The notes below the pieces were generated by a model that did not search any database, was not told the origin of the DNA, and saw only the letters and a program-made list of their open reading frames with translations. DNA of 50,918 nt, from NCBI GenBank assembly GCA_036339465.1, contig JAYZAY010000042.1:1-50918 (forward strand), given 5' to 3'. Of this stretch, positions 8,933 through 19,075 are shown piece after piece. Position 1 is the first letter of the stretch; every line of letters starts with the position of its first letter. The stretch comes from Myxococcota bacterium (GTDB lineage: Bacteria; Myxococcota; XYA12-FULL-58-9; JABJBS01). A program made the translations under genes and the position numbers.

Positions 8933-10888
8933 ATGACAGAAGCAACAGAAGCAACTGAGACTTTTAAATTTGAAACAGAAGCCAAACAAATCTTAGAATT
9001 GATGACCCATTCGGTGTATTCGAATCGAGAGATATTTCTTCGTGAACTCATTTCCAACGCTTCAGATGCTTTGGATAAACTACGGTTTGAGGCCATTGAA
9101 AATAAAGATTGGCTTCCGGAGGGGCAGGAATTGGGGATTCATTTAACAGTGGATCCTGATAAGAGAACGCTCACCGTAAAAGACAATGGTCTCGGGATGA
9201 GTCGGGCTGAGGTGGTTGAGAATATCGGCACCATTGCCCGTTCAGGTTCGAAAGAATTTATTCGGGCCATCGAAGCACAAAAGAATTCTCTTCAGTCACC
9301 TGAATTGATCGGTCAGTTCGGCGTGGGATTTTATTCCGTGTTCATGATTGCGGATCGGGTTGAGCTTGTGACACGGCGGGCTGGAGAAGAAGGCGCGACG
9401 CGTTGGATCTCTAGCGGTGATGGTGCTTATTCACTGGAGCATACGGAGCGAGAGGGGTTTGGAACAACCATTACCCTCCATCTCAAAGAAACCGATGCTG
9501 AAGATGGGCAGGACGACTTTACAGCGGAATGGGTACTTCGAGGTATCATCAAGAAGTACAGCGATTTTGTGTCGTACCCGGTCCAAATGATGATTGAGCG
9601 GGAAGAACCAGAGCTTGATGATGAAGGTGAAGCCATTGAAGGCAAAACCAAGAAGGTTTCTAAGCTGGAGACTTTGAATTCCATGAAGGCGCTTTGGACG
9701 CGCTCCCGCGGCGAAGTCGAGGATGCTGAATACAACGAATTCTATAAACAAACGAGCCATGATTGGACCGACCCTCTGAGTATCATTACCCTCAAAGCAG
9801 AGGGAACTTATCAGTATCAAGCCCTACTCTTTATCCCGAGTAAGGCACCAATGAATCTCTTTCATCAAGATTATAAATCCGGTGTGAAGCTCTATGTGCG
9901 ACGGGTTTTTATTATGGATGAGTGCAAGGAGATTTTACCCGAGTACCTACGATTTGTTCGCGGGGTGGTTGATGCTGAGGACTTGAGCTTGAACATATCT
10001 CGAGAGATTTTGCAGCAAGATCGCCAGCTTAAGATGATTCAAAAGCGTTTGGTCAAGAAAGTCCTAGATACGTTGAAGGATATGAAGAACAACAATTTTG
10101 ATGAATATTTGAAGTTCTGGGGGGAATTTGGCGCGGTGTTGAAGGAAGGTCTCTATACGGATATGGACAACCGAGATGCCATCCTGAGCCTCATTTTGGC
10201 TAAATCTACCCAAGTAGAAGGCAAATATGTCAGTCTTCATCAGTATGTAGATCGTAAGAAAGAAGGGCAGAAGGAGATCTACTTTCTCACGGGCAATTCG
10301 TATCCTGCCATTGAAAACTCACCTCATTTAGAAACGTTCAAAGCGAAGGAATATGAAGTTTTGCTTTTTGCTGATCCTGTGGACGAGGTTTGGCTTCAGC
10401 GTGAGCCGGAATTTGAGGAGCATAAATTTATTTCTGCCAGTCGAGGTTCATTGGAGTTAGGCTCCGAGGATGAGCAAAAAGAGGCTAAGGAAGAGCTCAA
10501 AGAGAAAGAGGCGTCTTGCCAGGCACTGTTGACGAAGATTCAAAGTGAGTTGGATGAAAAAATTAAAGAGGTCCGGTTGTCAAATCGAATGACAACCTCA
10601 GCGGCGTGCTTGGTGGTGGATAATCAGGACATGTCTCCCCAAATGGCGCAACTCATGGCGGCCATGGGCCAAGATATGCCTGCGAGTAAGCGGATTTTGG
10701 AGCTGAATCCCGATCATCCAATTGTGGAGAAGCTATCCCAGAAGTTGGATGCAGGAGAGTTAAATGGTGATTTGAGCGTTTACGCCAAATTGCTGCATGG
10801 TCAGGCCCTTTTAGCCGAAGGCGGACAACTTCAGGATCCATCTGATTTCAGCAAGCTTGTGACGGATTTGATGGTAAAAGCAATTTAA
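8933..10888 (+). CDS. htpG: Chaperone HtpG (Hsp90)
   Basis: HSVYSNREIFLRELISNASDA, IGQFGVGFYS, LSLNISREILQ, LELNPDHP. Confidence 0.98.
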   Translation: MTEATEATETFKFETEAKQILELMTHSVYSNREIFLRELISNASDALDKLRFEAIENKDWLPEGQELGIHLTVDPDKRTLTVKDNGLGMSRAEVVENIGTIARSGSKEFIRAIEAQKNSLQSPELIGQFGVGFYSVFMIADRVELVTRRAGEEGATRWISSGDGAYSLEHTEREGFGTTITLHLKETDAEDGQDDFTAEWVLRGIIKKYSDFVSYPVQMMIEREEPELDDEGEAIEGKTKKVSKLETLNSMKALWTRSRGEVEDAEYNEFYKQTSHDWTDPLSIITLKAEGTYQYQALLFIPSKAPMNLFHQDYKSGVKLYVRRVFIMDECKEILPEYLRFVRGVVDAEDLSLNISREILQQDRQLKMIQKRLVKKVLDTLKDMKNNNFDEYLKFWGEFGAVLKEGLYTDMDNRDAILSLILAKSTQVEGKYVSLHQYVDRKKEGQKEIYFLTGNSYPAIENSPHLETFKAKEYEVLLFADPVDEVWLQREPEFEEHKFISASRGSLELGSEDEQKEAKEELKEKEASCQALLTKIQSELDEKIKEVRLSNRMTTSAACLVVDNQDMSPQMAQLMAAMGQDMPASKRILELNPDHPIVEKLSQKLDAGELNGDLSVYAKLLHGQALLAEGGQLQDPSDFSKLVTDLMVKAI

Positions 10889-10913
10889 ATTAAGTACCCA
10901 CGCTTTTTAGCCG

Positions 10914-10937
10914 CCCCCCCCCCCCCACACACACACA
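10914..10937. repeat. C13 homopolymer followed by (AC)5A microsatellite
   Basis: Read directly in the htpG-cyclase intergenic region. Confidence 0.85.
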
Positions 10938-11061
10938 TTCCCTATGGCCGTGCCTGCTTAGGGTCCCCCGCCCGTCAAGAGAACACTGACCGCTATCTTT
11001 TCGCACTAAGTGCGGGCTTTTCTTTAGTTCTACTAACAAAGAGAATTATACTCAGTCTATT

Positions 11062-12888
11062 GTGAGCACTACTTCCTACGATGATATGGGGAAGGGATGC
11101 CCCCCCTTGGCCCCGAGTGCCAGCGTGCCCCGACTGCTGATTGCCGTCAGTGGTCGAACTAAGCAAAAAATCATTGAGAATAACCTTAAAACCCTGGAGC
11201 ATACTGCCGTTTACAGTGACGATGGGAATGAAGCCCTTCGCTTGGCCCTGGGATCCCCTGGTGAGTTTGATGCTATTCTCCTACAGGCCAATTTATCAGG
11301 CTTTTCTGGCTTTGAGGTCTGTAAGCACCTGGCGAGTAACTCCCTAGCCAAGGATATTCCGGTTTTACTTTTATCGAGCAATGAGGAGTTGCGTTGGTCA
11401 GCGAGGATGGCAGGGGCGCGGGCCTTTGTGAAAACGCCCTTTTACAGTATTCAATTGGTTGCAGAGATACAGAAGGTCCTTCGGGATGTCCCAAAGATTG
11501 TCCTTTATGATGGTAATGAGGCCGAGGCTTGTCTGATTGATGAAATTCTTAGTCGCCGGAATTATGAGCTGATTGTGTCGTCAGGCCTAGACGATTTGAC
11601 CGGGCTTTTGGTGACCCGCCGTCCCGACTTACTTCTCTTTGCCCTTTTTACCGATACGGAAAAAGACCTGGAGGTGTGTACGAGACTGAAGGCGGCCGAT
11701 GAGTTCTGCGAACTTCCTGTGATCGTGATTACTTCCGGGGAGATTGAAGAGATCGAGGAAAAAATATTTGAGGCTGGCGTAGAGGATTATGTTGCGCGTC
11801 CCATTGATCCAGAGGTGCTCCTGGAAAGCACTGACCGTAATTTAGGGGGCAAAGGAAAATTCGACAGACATCGAATATTGGTGGTTGAAGATAGCACTCC
11901 GATTCGCAATCTGATCATGAAGGGACTCGTTGCGGAGGGGAATCATGTTAAAGCGGTCTCCAATGGGAAGGCGGCCATGGAGGCTCTTTCTGATCCACGG
12001 TTTGAATTGGTCATCACCGACTATGAAATGCCAGAGATGGATGGTTTTGAGCTTTTGAAAAATATTCGGAGTCAGGAATCATTCAAGTTTTTACCGGTGT
12101 TGATGCTGAGTGCCCACAAGGATCCCGCCCTGAAGAACCGGGCGGAAAGCTACGGTGCAGCTGCTTTTCTGAGAAAACCTTTTCGAGTCGACCAGCTTGT
12201 CGTTGTTGCCGACCAAATTATTTCCGCAAACCATTCGCTAAGAGAAAGAGAACTCTTGGCTAAATATGTTTCTGACGCCACAGTTCAAACGGTTAAAAGT
12301 TCTGGTAGAGAGTTTGCGGGGCAGATGGTTGCGGAAAACCGTTTTATGACCATCTTATTCTGTGACATCGTTGGTTTTACGCCTATGTGTGAGAGCATGG
12401 CACCTAAAGAAGTAGTCCGTTTCTTGAATGAATATTTCGATATTACATTGAGTGTCGTTCAACGAAACGATGGTATGGTGGACAAGATTATTGGCGATGC
12501 TTTTATGGTTCTCTACGGTAAAATAGAGAACGGGGCTTATCGTGCGGTAAAGTCAGGCTTAGAAATCGCTGAAGCCGTGAAGAAATTTAATGAGGAGACT
12601 GGCCGTAATATGGCGGTTCGGATTGGTATCAACAGTGGTCCGGTTATTATGGGGGATATAGGAAGCCATCTTTACCGAAAGGATTACACTGTCGTGGGTG
12701 ACCATGTGAATATCGCCCAGCGTCTCGAGTCCATGGCGCCGCGTAATGGCGTTATGATAAGTGATGCCACCTTTAGCTTGCTCGGTGGGGTGGTGAAAGT
12801 CTCAAGCTCCACAGAGCTAGAGGTTAAGGGTAAGAAGAATCTCCTGGTGGGGCATGTCGTGTCTGAGATTGTTAAACTTTCGGTATAA
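11062..12888 (+). CDS. Triple receiver-domain class III adenylate/guanylate cyclase
   Basis: Three REC-like domains (the third canonical: VVEDS, ITDYEMPEMDG, KPF) followed by ILFCDIVGFT, DKIIGDA, DYTVVGDHVNIAQRLE; exact start uncertain. Confidence 0.92.
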   Translation: MSTTSYDDMGKGCPPLAPSASVPRLLIAVSGRTKQKIIENNLKTLEHTAVYSDDGNEALRLALGSPGEFDAILLQANLSGFSGFEVCKHLASNSLAKDIPVLLLSSNEELRWSARMAGARAFVKTPFYSIQLVAEIQKVLRDVPKIVLYDGNEAEACLIDEILSRRNYELIVSSGLDDLTGLLVTRRPDLLLFALFTDTEKDLEVCTRLKAADEFCELPVIVITSGEIEEIEEKIFEAGVEDYVARPIDPEVLLESTDRNLGGKGKFDRHRILVVEDSTPIRNLIMKGLVAEGNHVKAVSNGKAAMEALSDPRFELVITDYEMPEMDGFELLKNIRSQESFKFLPVLMLSAHKDPALKNRAESYGAAAFLRKPFRVDQLVVVADQIISANHSLRERELLAKYVSDATVQTVKSSGREFAGQMVAENRFMTILFCDIVGFTPMCESMAPKEVVRFLNEYFDITLSVVQRNDGMVDKIIGDAFMVLYGKIENGAYRAVKSGLEIAEAVKKFNEETGRNMAVRIGINSGPVIMGDIGSHLYRKDYTVVGDHVNIAQRLESMAPRNGVMISDATFSLLGGVVKVSSSTELEVKGKKNLLVGHVVSEIVKLSV

Positions 12889-13003
12889 CGACAATTACTT
12901 CAGTGCATCTAGGCCAAAAAGTCCTGGGGCGGGCGTGGGATGCAGGCTTTTACCTTCAAAAGTCCCGCCAGCTGTCGACTTTTCTCTATCTGGATAATAG
13001 CAA

Positions 13004-13627
13004 ATGGTTCCCATGAAAAAAAATGTCATTGAGATACAAAATGCGATTCGACACAGCGAACTCGGTCCAGAGGAACTACGCAGTGAATTGGATGCGATGG
13101 ATTGGCCTGAGCAAAGGGAGTTTGTCCGTACCATTGCAGGAAAAAGCCAGCGCTTAATGTGGGAGTTGTGCAATGGTAAGGGTACGAGCCTCAATGATTT
13201 GATTCCCGATTATGTGCCTCCAGGGGTCGAAGTGATTCATTATGGCGGGAGTTTGTTGCCTGCTCTTAAATGGTCTCAAAAACGATTCTGTAGGCCCATT
13301 GAAAGGTTCCAAGAGAATTCACCGGTTTTATATGGCTACAATGAAGGCACTACTCGGCGTCTGGTGGGACCGGGATTTTTTGTGGCGGAGTATTTTCCTA
13401 GCCGCGAGGAGGCAGGAATCAATTATTATCGCATACCACCACAACGGGTACAGCTCCCTCCGGGTTGGCCAGAGCGCCGCTCCAATGAATGGGGATTGCA
13501 GCGCTTGGTTTATTCGAAGACGATTGATTACCTAAGACAAGTCGCTACTCGAATTTGCATTGGTCGAGTCTACAAACAGGACCACGCAACCAACAGCTAT
13601 TTTGTTCTATTTCGAGATGTTGCTTAA
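13004..13627 (+). CDS. Hypothetical protein
   Basis: 207-aa ORF filling the gap and followed by a strong terminator; globular composition. Confidence 0.75.
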   Translation: MVPMKKNVIEIQNAIRHSELGPEELRSELDAMDWPEQREFVRTIAGKSQRLMWELCNGKGTSLNDLIPDYVPPGVEVIHYGGSLLPALKWSQKRFCRPIERFQENSPVLYGYNEGTTRRLVGPGFFVAEYFPSREEAGINYYRIPPQRVQLPPGWPERRSNEWGLQRLVYSKTIDYLRQVATRICIGRVYKQDHATNSYFVLFRDVA

Positions 13628-13646
13628 GGGTATTTTAGAATGAATG

Positions 13647-13681
13647 AAGCCCCAGAGTCGTGAGTGACCTCTGGGGCTTTT
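13647..13681. terminator. Intrinsic terminator between convergent genes
   Basis: AAGCCCCAGAG...CTCTGGGGCTT 11-bp inverted repeat followed by Ts, between the ORF 13004-13627 stop and the ahcY stop. Confidence 0.85.
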
Positions 13682-13693
13682 GGTTTGGTTCTC

Positions 13694-15223
13694 TTAGTAC
13701 CGGTATTGCTCAGGCTTGTAGGGGCCTTCTACTTTGACACCGATATAATCTGCTTGTTCTTCCGATAGCTTTGTAAGATTGCAGCCAAATTTATCAAGGT
13801 GCAGCCAGGCAACTTTTTCATCCAAGTGTTTTGGGAGCGTGGTCACGCTTTTACCATAGTCTTCGGCATGGTCGTGCAATTCGATTTGAGCCAAAACTTG
13901 GTTTGTGAAGGAAGCTGACATCACAAAGCTTGGGTGTCCAGTAGCACATCCAAGATTGACCAAGCGTCCTTCGGCGAGGATGATAATACTTCGCCCCGTT
14001 TCTTTGAATTTCCATTCATGAACCTGTGGCTTAATTTCTATTTTCTCTACCTCACCTTTCTCGGCCATTGCTTCCAATCCAGCAATGTCGATCTCATTGT
14101 CAAAATGACCGATATTACATACGACTGCCTTATCCTTCATGCGTTGCATATGCTCTGCAGTGATGATGTCTTTATTGCCGGTGGTTGTGACGTAGATATC
14201 AAATCCTTTTTCAATCGCATCTTCGACGGTGATAACGTCGATGCCTTGCATACAGGCCTGAAGCGCACAAATAGGGTCAATTTCCGCGATAGAGACTTTT
14301 GCCCCTTGGCCGTCCATGGATTGAACGCTGCCCTTACCAACGTCGCCGAAACCACAGACGAGAGTTCGTTTACCCGCAATCATAAGGTCTGTTGCACGCA
14401 TGATCGCATCCACGAGTGAATGTCGGCATCCGTAAAGATTGTCGAATTTACTTTTGGTCACTGAGTCATTGACGTTGATGGCGGGGAAAAGAAGGGTTTC
14501 TGCTTTTTCCATCTCACAAAGACGATGTACGCCAGTTGTTGTTTCTTCAGATACGCCCCGAACATTGTTTGCGTAGGCTTCCCAAAAATTTCGATTGGTT
14601 TCTTGAAGTTCGCGAAGAAGATTCATGATAATCTTCTCTTCTTTGTTGTCAATTGTGCCGTCCGCAGGAACACTTCCACTCAGATTGAATTCTCGACCCT
14701 TGTGGAGGAGCAGGGTAGCATCGCCACCATCATCTAGGATCAGATTGGGTGTTTCGTCATTATCGAATCTTAGGGCTTGGAATGTACACCACCAATATTC
14801 CTCCAGAGATTCACCTTTCCAGGCAAATACTGGAACACCCTTGGGGGTTTCAATGGTCCCTTTTGGGCCCACGGCAACGGCAGCTGCGGCATGATCTTGA
14901 GTTGAGAAAATATTACAAGAGCACCATCGAACATCAGCGCCTAATTCAACCAGCGTTTCAATGAGGACCGCAGTTTGAATCGTCATGTGAAGTGAGCCGG
15001 TGATACGTGCCCCTTTAAGGGGGTTTTTGCCTGCATGTTCTTGACGAAGAGCCATTAAACCAGGCATTTCATGTTCGGCGAGTTCGATTTCTTTTCTACC
15101 AAAACGAACTGTTTCTTCCGAAAGGTCGGCTACTTTGAAACGGTGGTTTGAGAAAAGAGTTTCCCCGGTATTCAGAAATCCATCCTTTTCGATGCTGACG
15201 ACTTGTGCTTGTGTCATTTCCAT
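13694..15223 (-). CDS. ahcY: S-adenosylhomocysteine hydrolase
   Basis: [66 protein letters not shown]. Confidence 0.98.
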   Translation of the reverse strand: MEMTQAQVVSIEKDGFLNTGETLFSNHRFKVADLSEETVRFGRKEIELAEHEMPGLMALRQEHAGKNPLKGARITGSLHMTIQTAVLIETLVELGADVRWCSCNIFSTQDHAAAAVAVGPKGTIETPKGVPVFAWKGESLEEYWWCTFQALRFDNDETPNLILDDGGDATLLLHKGREFNLSGSVPADGTIDNKEEKIIMNLLRELQETNRNFWEAYANNVRGVSEETTTGVHRLCEMEKAETLLFPAINVNDSVTKSKFDNLYGCRHSLVDAIMRATDLMIAGKRTLVCGFGDVGKGSVQSMDGQGAKVSIAEIDPICALQACMQGIDVITVEDAIEKGFDIYVTTTGNKDIITAEHMQRMKDKAVVCNIGHFDNEIDIAGLEAMAEKGEVEKIEIKPQVHEWKFKETGRSIIILAEGRLVNLGCATGHPSFVMSASFTNQVLAQIELHDHAEDYGKSVTTLPKHLDEKVAWLHLDKFGCNLTKLSEEQADYIGVKVEGPYKPEQYRY

Positions 15224-15634
15224 TCCTTTGTTCTAGCTTTTTTTACTGCGCTTATTCAGCGAAAATCTTATACCCCAAACTGTTTTCCGAAGCCAGCGAA
15301 CATTCACAGTATCTCTGCTCGGGTTTTAGATATTGATTTGCGTTAAGGAGCTTTGCTCCTAGTAGGGAATCAGAAGTAAAAAAGGACCAAGCACAACAGC
15401 TGTGGTAGGGCCCATGCATGGAGCACAACGAGTCTTGGATACCATGCGCCCATAGCGGGTGGGCGCAGGTCTCGTCTTGGCCTGAATCCCTTAGAACACC
15501 TAGTCCTGTAATGTTTATGGCGAGCGACCTGATTTGATTATGTGTCCACCACATGAAGTAGAAGTCGTCACTTGGTAGCTTTAGGCTTTCTTTTGTATGA
15601 TTTAAGTCCAAGCCAGTTTCGTCGATAAACGATC

Positions 15635-17098
15635 ATGGAGCTAGATAATCCTATTGTGACCAGGGCTTGCGACTTCGCCCGGGTCGGAGAGTGGGACGCC
15701 ATGATGACGATCCGGGCTCGTCTGCTCGTGGAGTCCGAAGGCGAATACCTCGCCGATTATGTGGATGGATGGGCAGCTCTGACCAAAGGTGAGGTTGTTG
15801 AAGCATCCCATTGTTTTGAAGATTTGAGTTCGAATATTGGAGCGGCGAATCCACTGGTGAAGCTCGCCTTGGGGATTTGTCGAGTTCGTCAGGAGCGTTT
15901 TAGTGAGGCTCTGTGGTTATTTGAGGAATGCCGCCGCCATGTGCACCAGCATCCCGATTATGTGGTTCATTATGTAGAGACCCTAAAAGCCCATCAAAGG
16001 CATGGAGAAGCCTTGAGTCTTCTAAGGAAGACTGTTGAGCACTGGCCCAATGAGACGAGAATTTGGTTTAATCTAGGCAATGCTTACCGAGATCTCAAAA
16101 AGTATGAACAAGCCATTGAGAGTTACGAACGCGTTTTGACACTTGATCCCACTGATGTCGATTCGAGATGGAATCGTTCCTTTCTATTGCTCTTGACTCG
16201 AAAACCGATTCCTTGGCACCTTCTGGAAGATAGGCATCTTCTGAGGCCGTGTACTCTTGACCATCGTGATTTTGCGGCGTTTCCGAGATGGGTTGGACAA
16301 TCTCTGGAGGGAAAACGGATTTGTGTGATTGGTGAGCAGGGCTTTGGTGATATTTTTCAGTTTTGCCGATATTTGGAGCCCTTAATCGAAGAAGCGTCCG
16401 ACGTTGGCTTTCACGCTTCTCGTCGTATCCATCAACTCATAGATGCAAATTTCAAGGTGACTCTCTGGGATTCAAAAGAGCGTCTGCCCGATAGCTATGA
16501 TTATTATATCCCCTTGTTGAGTTTACCCATGTTCGTGAACGTAGCTCACTGCGGTAAGCCCTATCTGCGGTGCACTCCTTCAAGTTTCAAGCTACCCACT
16601 AAACGCGCGGTAAAGATTCCTCGAATCGCCATACATTGGCAGGGTGATTCCAGTTATAGCCAGGACAGATATCGTTCGGTCTCCCTCGATACTTTACGCC
16701 CAATTTTAGAGATTTCCGGGATAGAATGGGTGAGTATTCAGAAGGGGAGCGCCAACGCCGAGATAGAATGTCTCCCGTCTTTTGTTGAGTTGGCCGAAGC
16801 TGGAACAATGTTGGATATTGGTGAGGCAGGTTTTTTGGATACTGCATCCCTGCTCCTGGATTGTGAGCTATTGATTACCACAGATACGGCGGTAGCGCAT
16901 TTGGCAGGTGCCATGGGGGTTGCGGTATGGGTGATGTTAGCGGCGGTACCTGATTGGCGCTGGGGAGACACCGAAAGAGGTTATGATTGGTATCCCTGCA
17001 TGACTCTCTATCGGCAGGAGAATTTGGGGGAATGGGAGCCGGTGATGAAGACCATGGCCGATGATCTTTTCGCATTACAATCAGCTTTTTCTGTTTGA
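15635..17098 (+). CDS. TPR-containing glycosyltransferase (GT9-like / GT-B C-terminus)
   Basis: TPRs (WFNLGNAYRDLKKYEQAIESYERVL), then EQGFGDIFQFCRY, LLSLP, LITTDTAVAHLAGAMG, DWRW. Confidence 0.88.
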   Translation: MELDNPIVTRACDFARVGEWDAMMTIRARLLVESEGEYLADYVDGWAALTKGEVVEASHCFEDLSSNIGAANPLVKLALGICRVRQERFSEALWLFEECRRHVHQHPDYVVHYVETLKAHQRHGEALSLLRKTVEHWPNETRIWFNLGNAYRDLKKYEQAIESYERVLTLDPTDVDSRWNRSFLLLLTRKPIPWHLLEDRHLLRPCTLDHRDFAAFPRWVGQSLEGKRICVIGEQGFGDIFQFCRYLEPLIEEASDVGFHASRRIHQLIDANFKVTLWDSKERLPDSYDYYIPLLSLPMFVNVAHCGKPYLRCTPSSFKLPTKRAVKIPRIAIHWQGDSSYSQDRYRSVSLDTLRPILEISGIEWVSIQKGSANAEIECLPSFVELAEAGTMLDIGEAGFLDTASLLLDCELLITTDTAVAHLAGAMGVAVWVMLAAVPDWRWGDTERGYDWYPCMTLYRQENLGEWEPVMKTMADDLFALQSAFSV

Positions 17099-17132
17099 GT
17101 TCCACCCCGTGCATACTTACGATAATATTTGA

Positions 17133-17447
17133 TTGGGGTTATGTGACTTGCCTAAATTTTTCATCTCTATCATTTTGCTTCCAGCTATTTTTCTCTTTTT
17201 GATGGTCGCGTGTATTTGGCCTCTAAAGTTGAGCTACAATTGTCAACGTCAGCTCGATAGTTGTGTGAATCATTGTCCAGACGCGGTTCAAAGCGAACAG
17301 ATTTCAGGGATGAACCATTTGCTGGGCGGTAAAGTTTCATCAAATCCTTGCCGTGACCATTGTTATGACCAAGCGAATCGCTGTCACAACCAAAAACCAG
17401 AGCCCGTGGCAGAGCCCGATATCCCCGTGGCTGAGCCCGGTTTCTAA
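17133..17447 (+). CDS. Small secreted or lipoprotein-like Cys-rich protein
   Basis: Hydrophobic N-terminus ending MVAC; C-X6-C-X3-C ... C-X3-C-X6-C; stop overlaps the convergent gene stop; start uncertain. Confidence 0.6.
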   Translation: MGLCDLPKFFISIILLPAIFLFLMVACIWPLKLSYNCQRQLDSCVNHCPDAVQSEQISGMNHLLGGKVSSNPCRDHCYDQANRCHNQKPEPVAEPDIPVAEPGF

Positions 17448-19075
17448 CCAACCCTTTGCCGGGTGTGTGTCAAGGTGCGAAACATTGTTTTGACCCTTTG
17501 GTCGATGGTGTGGTTATGAATAACCCATTTTCGGCCTTGCGCTGCTATCTTTTGGCGAAGCTTGGGCTCTTTTAGGTAAAAATCAATCTTTTGATTCAAG
17601 TCTTCCTGGGAATGGTAAACATCAAGGTGCTCTCCGATTCGGAAAAGACGGCCAAGTTCTTCGTTGAAGGGGGCGAGTAAAAATCCTCCACAAGCCAAAA
17701 CATCGAATACTCGAAGGGTGACAATTTCGGGTTGGTAGACCCGTCCAATATCAATGTTGATCTTTGAATTAGAATAGATTTTGTTGAGCATCTGATTGTT
17801 TCCGGCTGCACCACGATAAGTGATCCCATGGACCTGTCCCCAGCCTTCGTCTCCCCAGACCTCTGGAGTTTTGTTGCGGAGGTTTTGAAGAACCCGGGCC
17901 CGATGTTGGGATGCCGCTTGTTCCCCTAAGAGCATGACAGGATCCAAGGGGTCGGGTTCTGTAATCAGCCACTTCTCCAAGAGAGGAAACTCTTGATGAA
18001 CCCGATCTCGCAGGATAGTTTCACCCGCATTTGAGAGTTGTTCCTTTATGAGTGTCGAAATAATTCGAGTGACTTGTTTTTGAGTCATGTTTTGGGTTTG
18101 ACCCGAATCTTTAAGAAGTTTCAGGAGCTCTCTGAGCCTCTTGGGAGCCGTGTCTTGCATACTGGCTCCTACAAAACTGACATTACATTCATATCCTTGA
18201 TCGAAGTGAGGTTTTCTTCGCAGGGGGTTTGCAGCAAATGGTAAAAAATGAACTTGGTCGCTCGATGTCTCTTTTTTGTATCGCTCAATATTTGCACGCC
18301 TGTATGTAAATATTTTTTGTTTGCCAGAGTTGTCGAGTCTTAATTTAAGATTTGTAGTTGGGTCGATATCCCAGCATATCCAAGGTACTTTTCCGTGTTT
18401 CGCAAGTGTTGTCATTCCTTGATAGGCATTAATTGAGAACAAAACTTGCGGCCGGGTGGCGCTAATGATGTGAAAGATTTCATCGGAAGGCGTTGAATGC
18501 ATGAAAATGGGATACACGCCCCACTGACGATTTTTGAGAGTCTCGGCGACATCTTGGATCATCAGACCTTTCCACAGGGCCACGCAGCGTTTGTCTCGGG
18601 TCTTATTAAAACAATAGTCGAATATCGGGGTATAGAAATCTTTGAGATGGGGGTGATAGTACCTTGAGGTTTGGTTACTCAGCTTAACAAGATCGATAGA
18701 ATAAATAAATGACAGGGCTCGGGAGAAGATAGCTTGCCGCAGGTCAACAGACTCCAAGGATTGCAGCAGGAAGTTGAGATCGTTTTCCCAAACGATTAAG
18801 TTGGGCTTTTTTCCGTTGGTATTTTGCCAGGTTTCAAGTAGTTTTCCGCAACCGAGCCCCAGTAAGACAACCTCTTCTGTTTCCCCCATTTTCTGTTTGA
18901 ATTTGTTGCAATCTTCTTCGCTACAGGTGATGGGTATTTTAGACAGGCCTATTTTAAGAAATGTGCCATCGTTGGTCTTCTCAATGTAGTCGTCTTGCAC
19001 AGGTTTGAGAATCCGCTTTATCAATTCGGGACTGGTGTAGAAAATCGCATCGAGGTTTCGCCTGAGAAAGCTCAT
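17444..19075 (-). CDS. CgeB-like (Glyco_trans_1_2) glycosyltransferase with N-terminal Rossmann-like region
   Basis: HFLPFAANP, VSFVG, IYSNSKINIDI, RVFDVLACGGFLL, KIDFYLKEP; N-terminal LLGLGCG. Confidence 0.85.
   Translation of the reverse strand: MSFLRRNLDAIFYTSPELIKRILKPVQDDYIEKTNDGTFLKIGLSKIPITCSEEDCNKFKQKMGETEEVVLLGLGCGKLLETWQNTNGKKPNLIVWENDLNFLLQSLESVDLRQAIFSRALSFIYSIDLVKLSNQTSRYYHPHLKDFYTPIFDYCFNKTRDKRCVALWKGLMIQDVAETLKNRQWGVYPIFMHSTPSDEIFHIISATRPQVLFSINAYQGMTTLAKHGKVPWICWDIDPTTNLKLRLDNSGKQKIFTYRRANIERYKKETSSDQVHFLPFAANPLRRKPHFDQGYECNVSFVGASMQDTAPKRLRELLKLLKDSGQTQNMTQKQVTRIISTLIKEQLSNAGETILRDRVHQEFPLLEKWLITEPDPLDPVMLLGEQAASQHRARVLQNLRNKTPEVWGDEGWGQVHGITYRGAAGNNQMLNKIYSNSKINIDIGRVYQPEIVTLRVFDVLACGGFLLAPFNEELGRLFRIGEHLDVYHSQEDLNQKIDFYLKEPKLRQKIAAQGRKWVIHNHTIDQRVKTMFRTLTHTRQRVG

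Noticed and set aside
15252..15611. 119-aa ORF upstream of ahcY
   Set aside because: TTG start, no motif, and overlaps a structured non-coding-looking region
15224..15634. Canonical SAH or SAM-I riboswitch before ahcY
   Set aside because: Could not find the GAGGAGCG..UGC / AGGCUC core or the AUC..GAU SAM-I core on the minus strand
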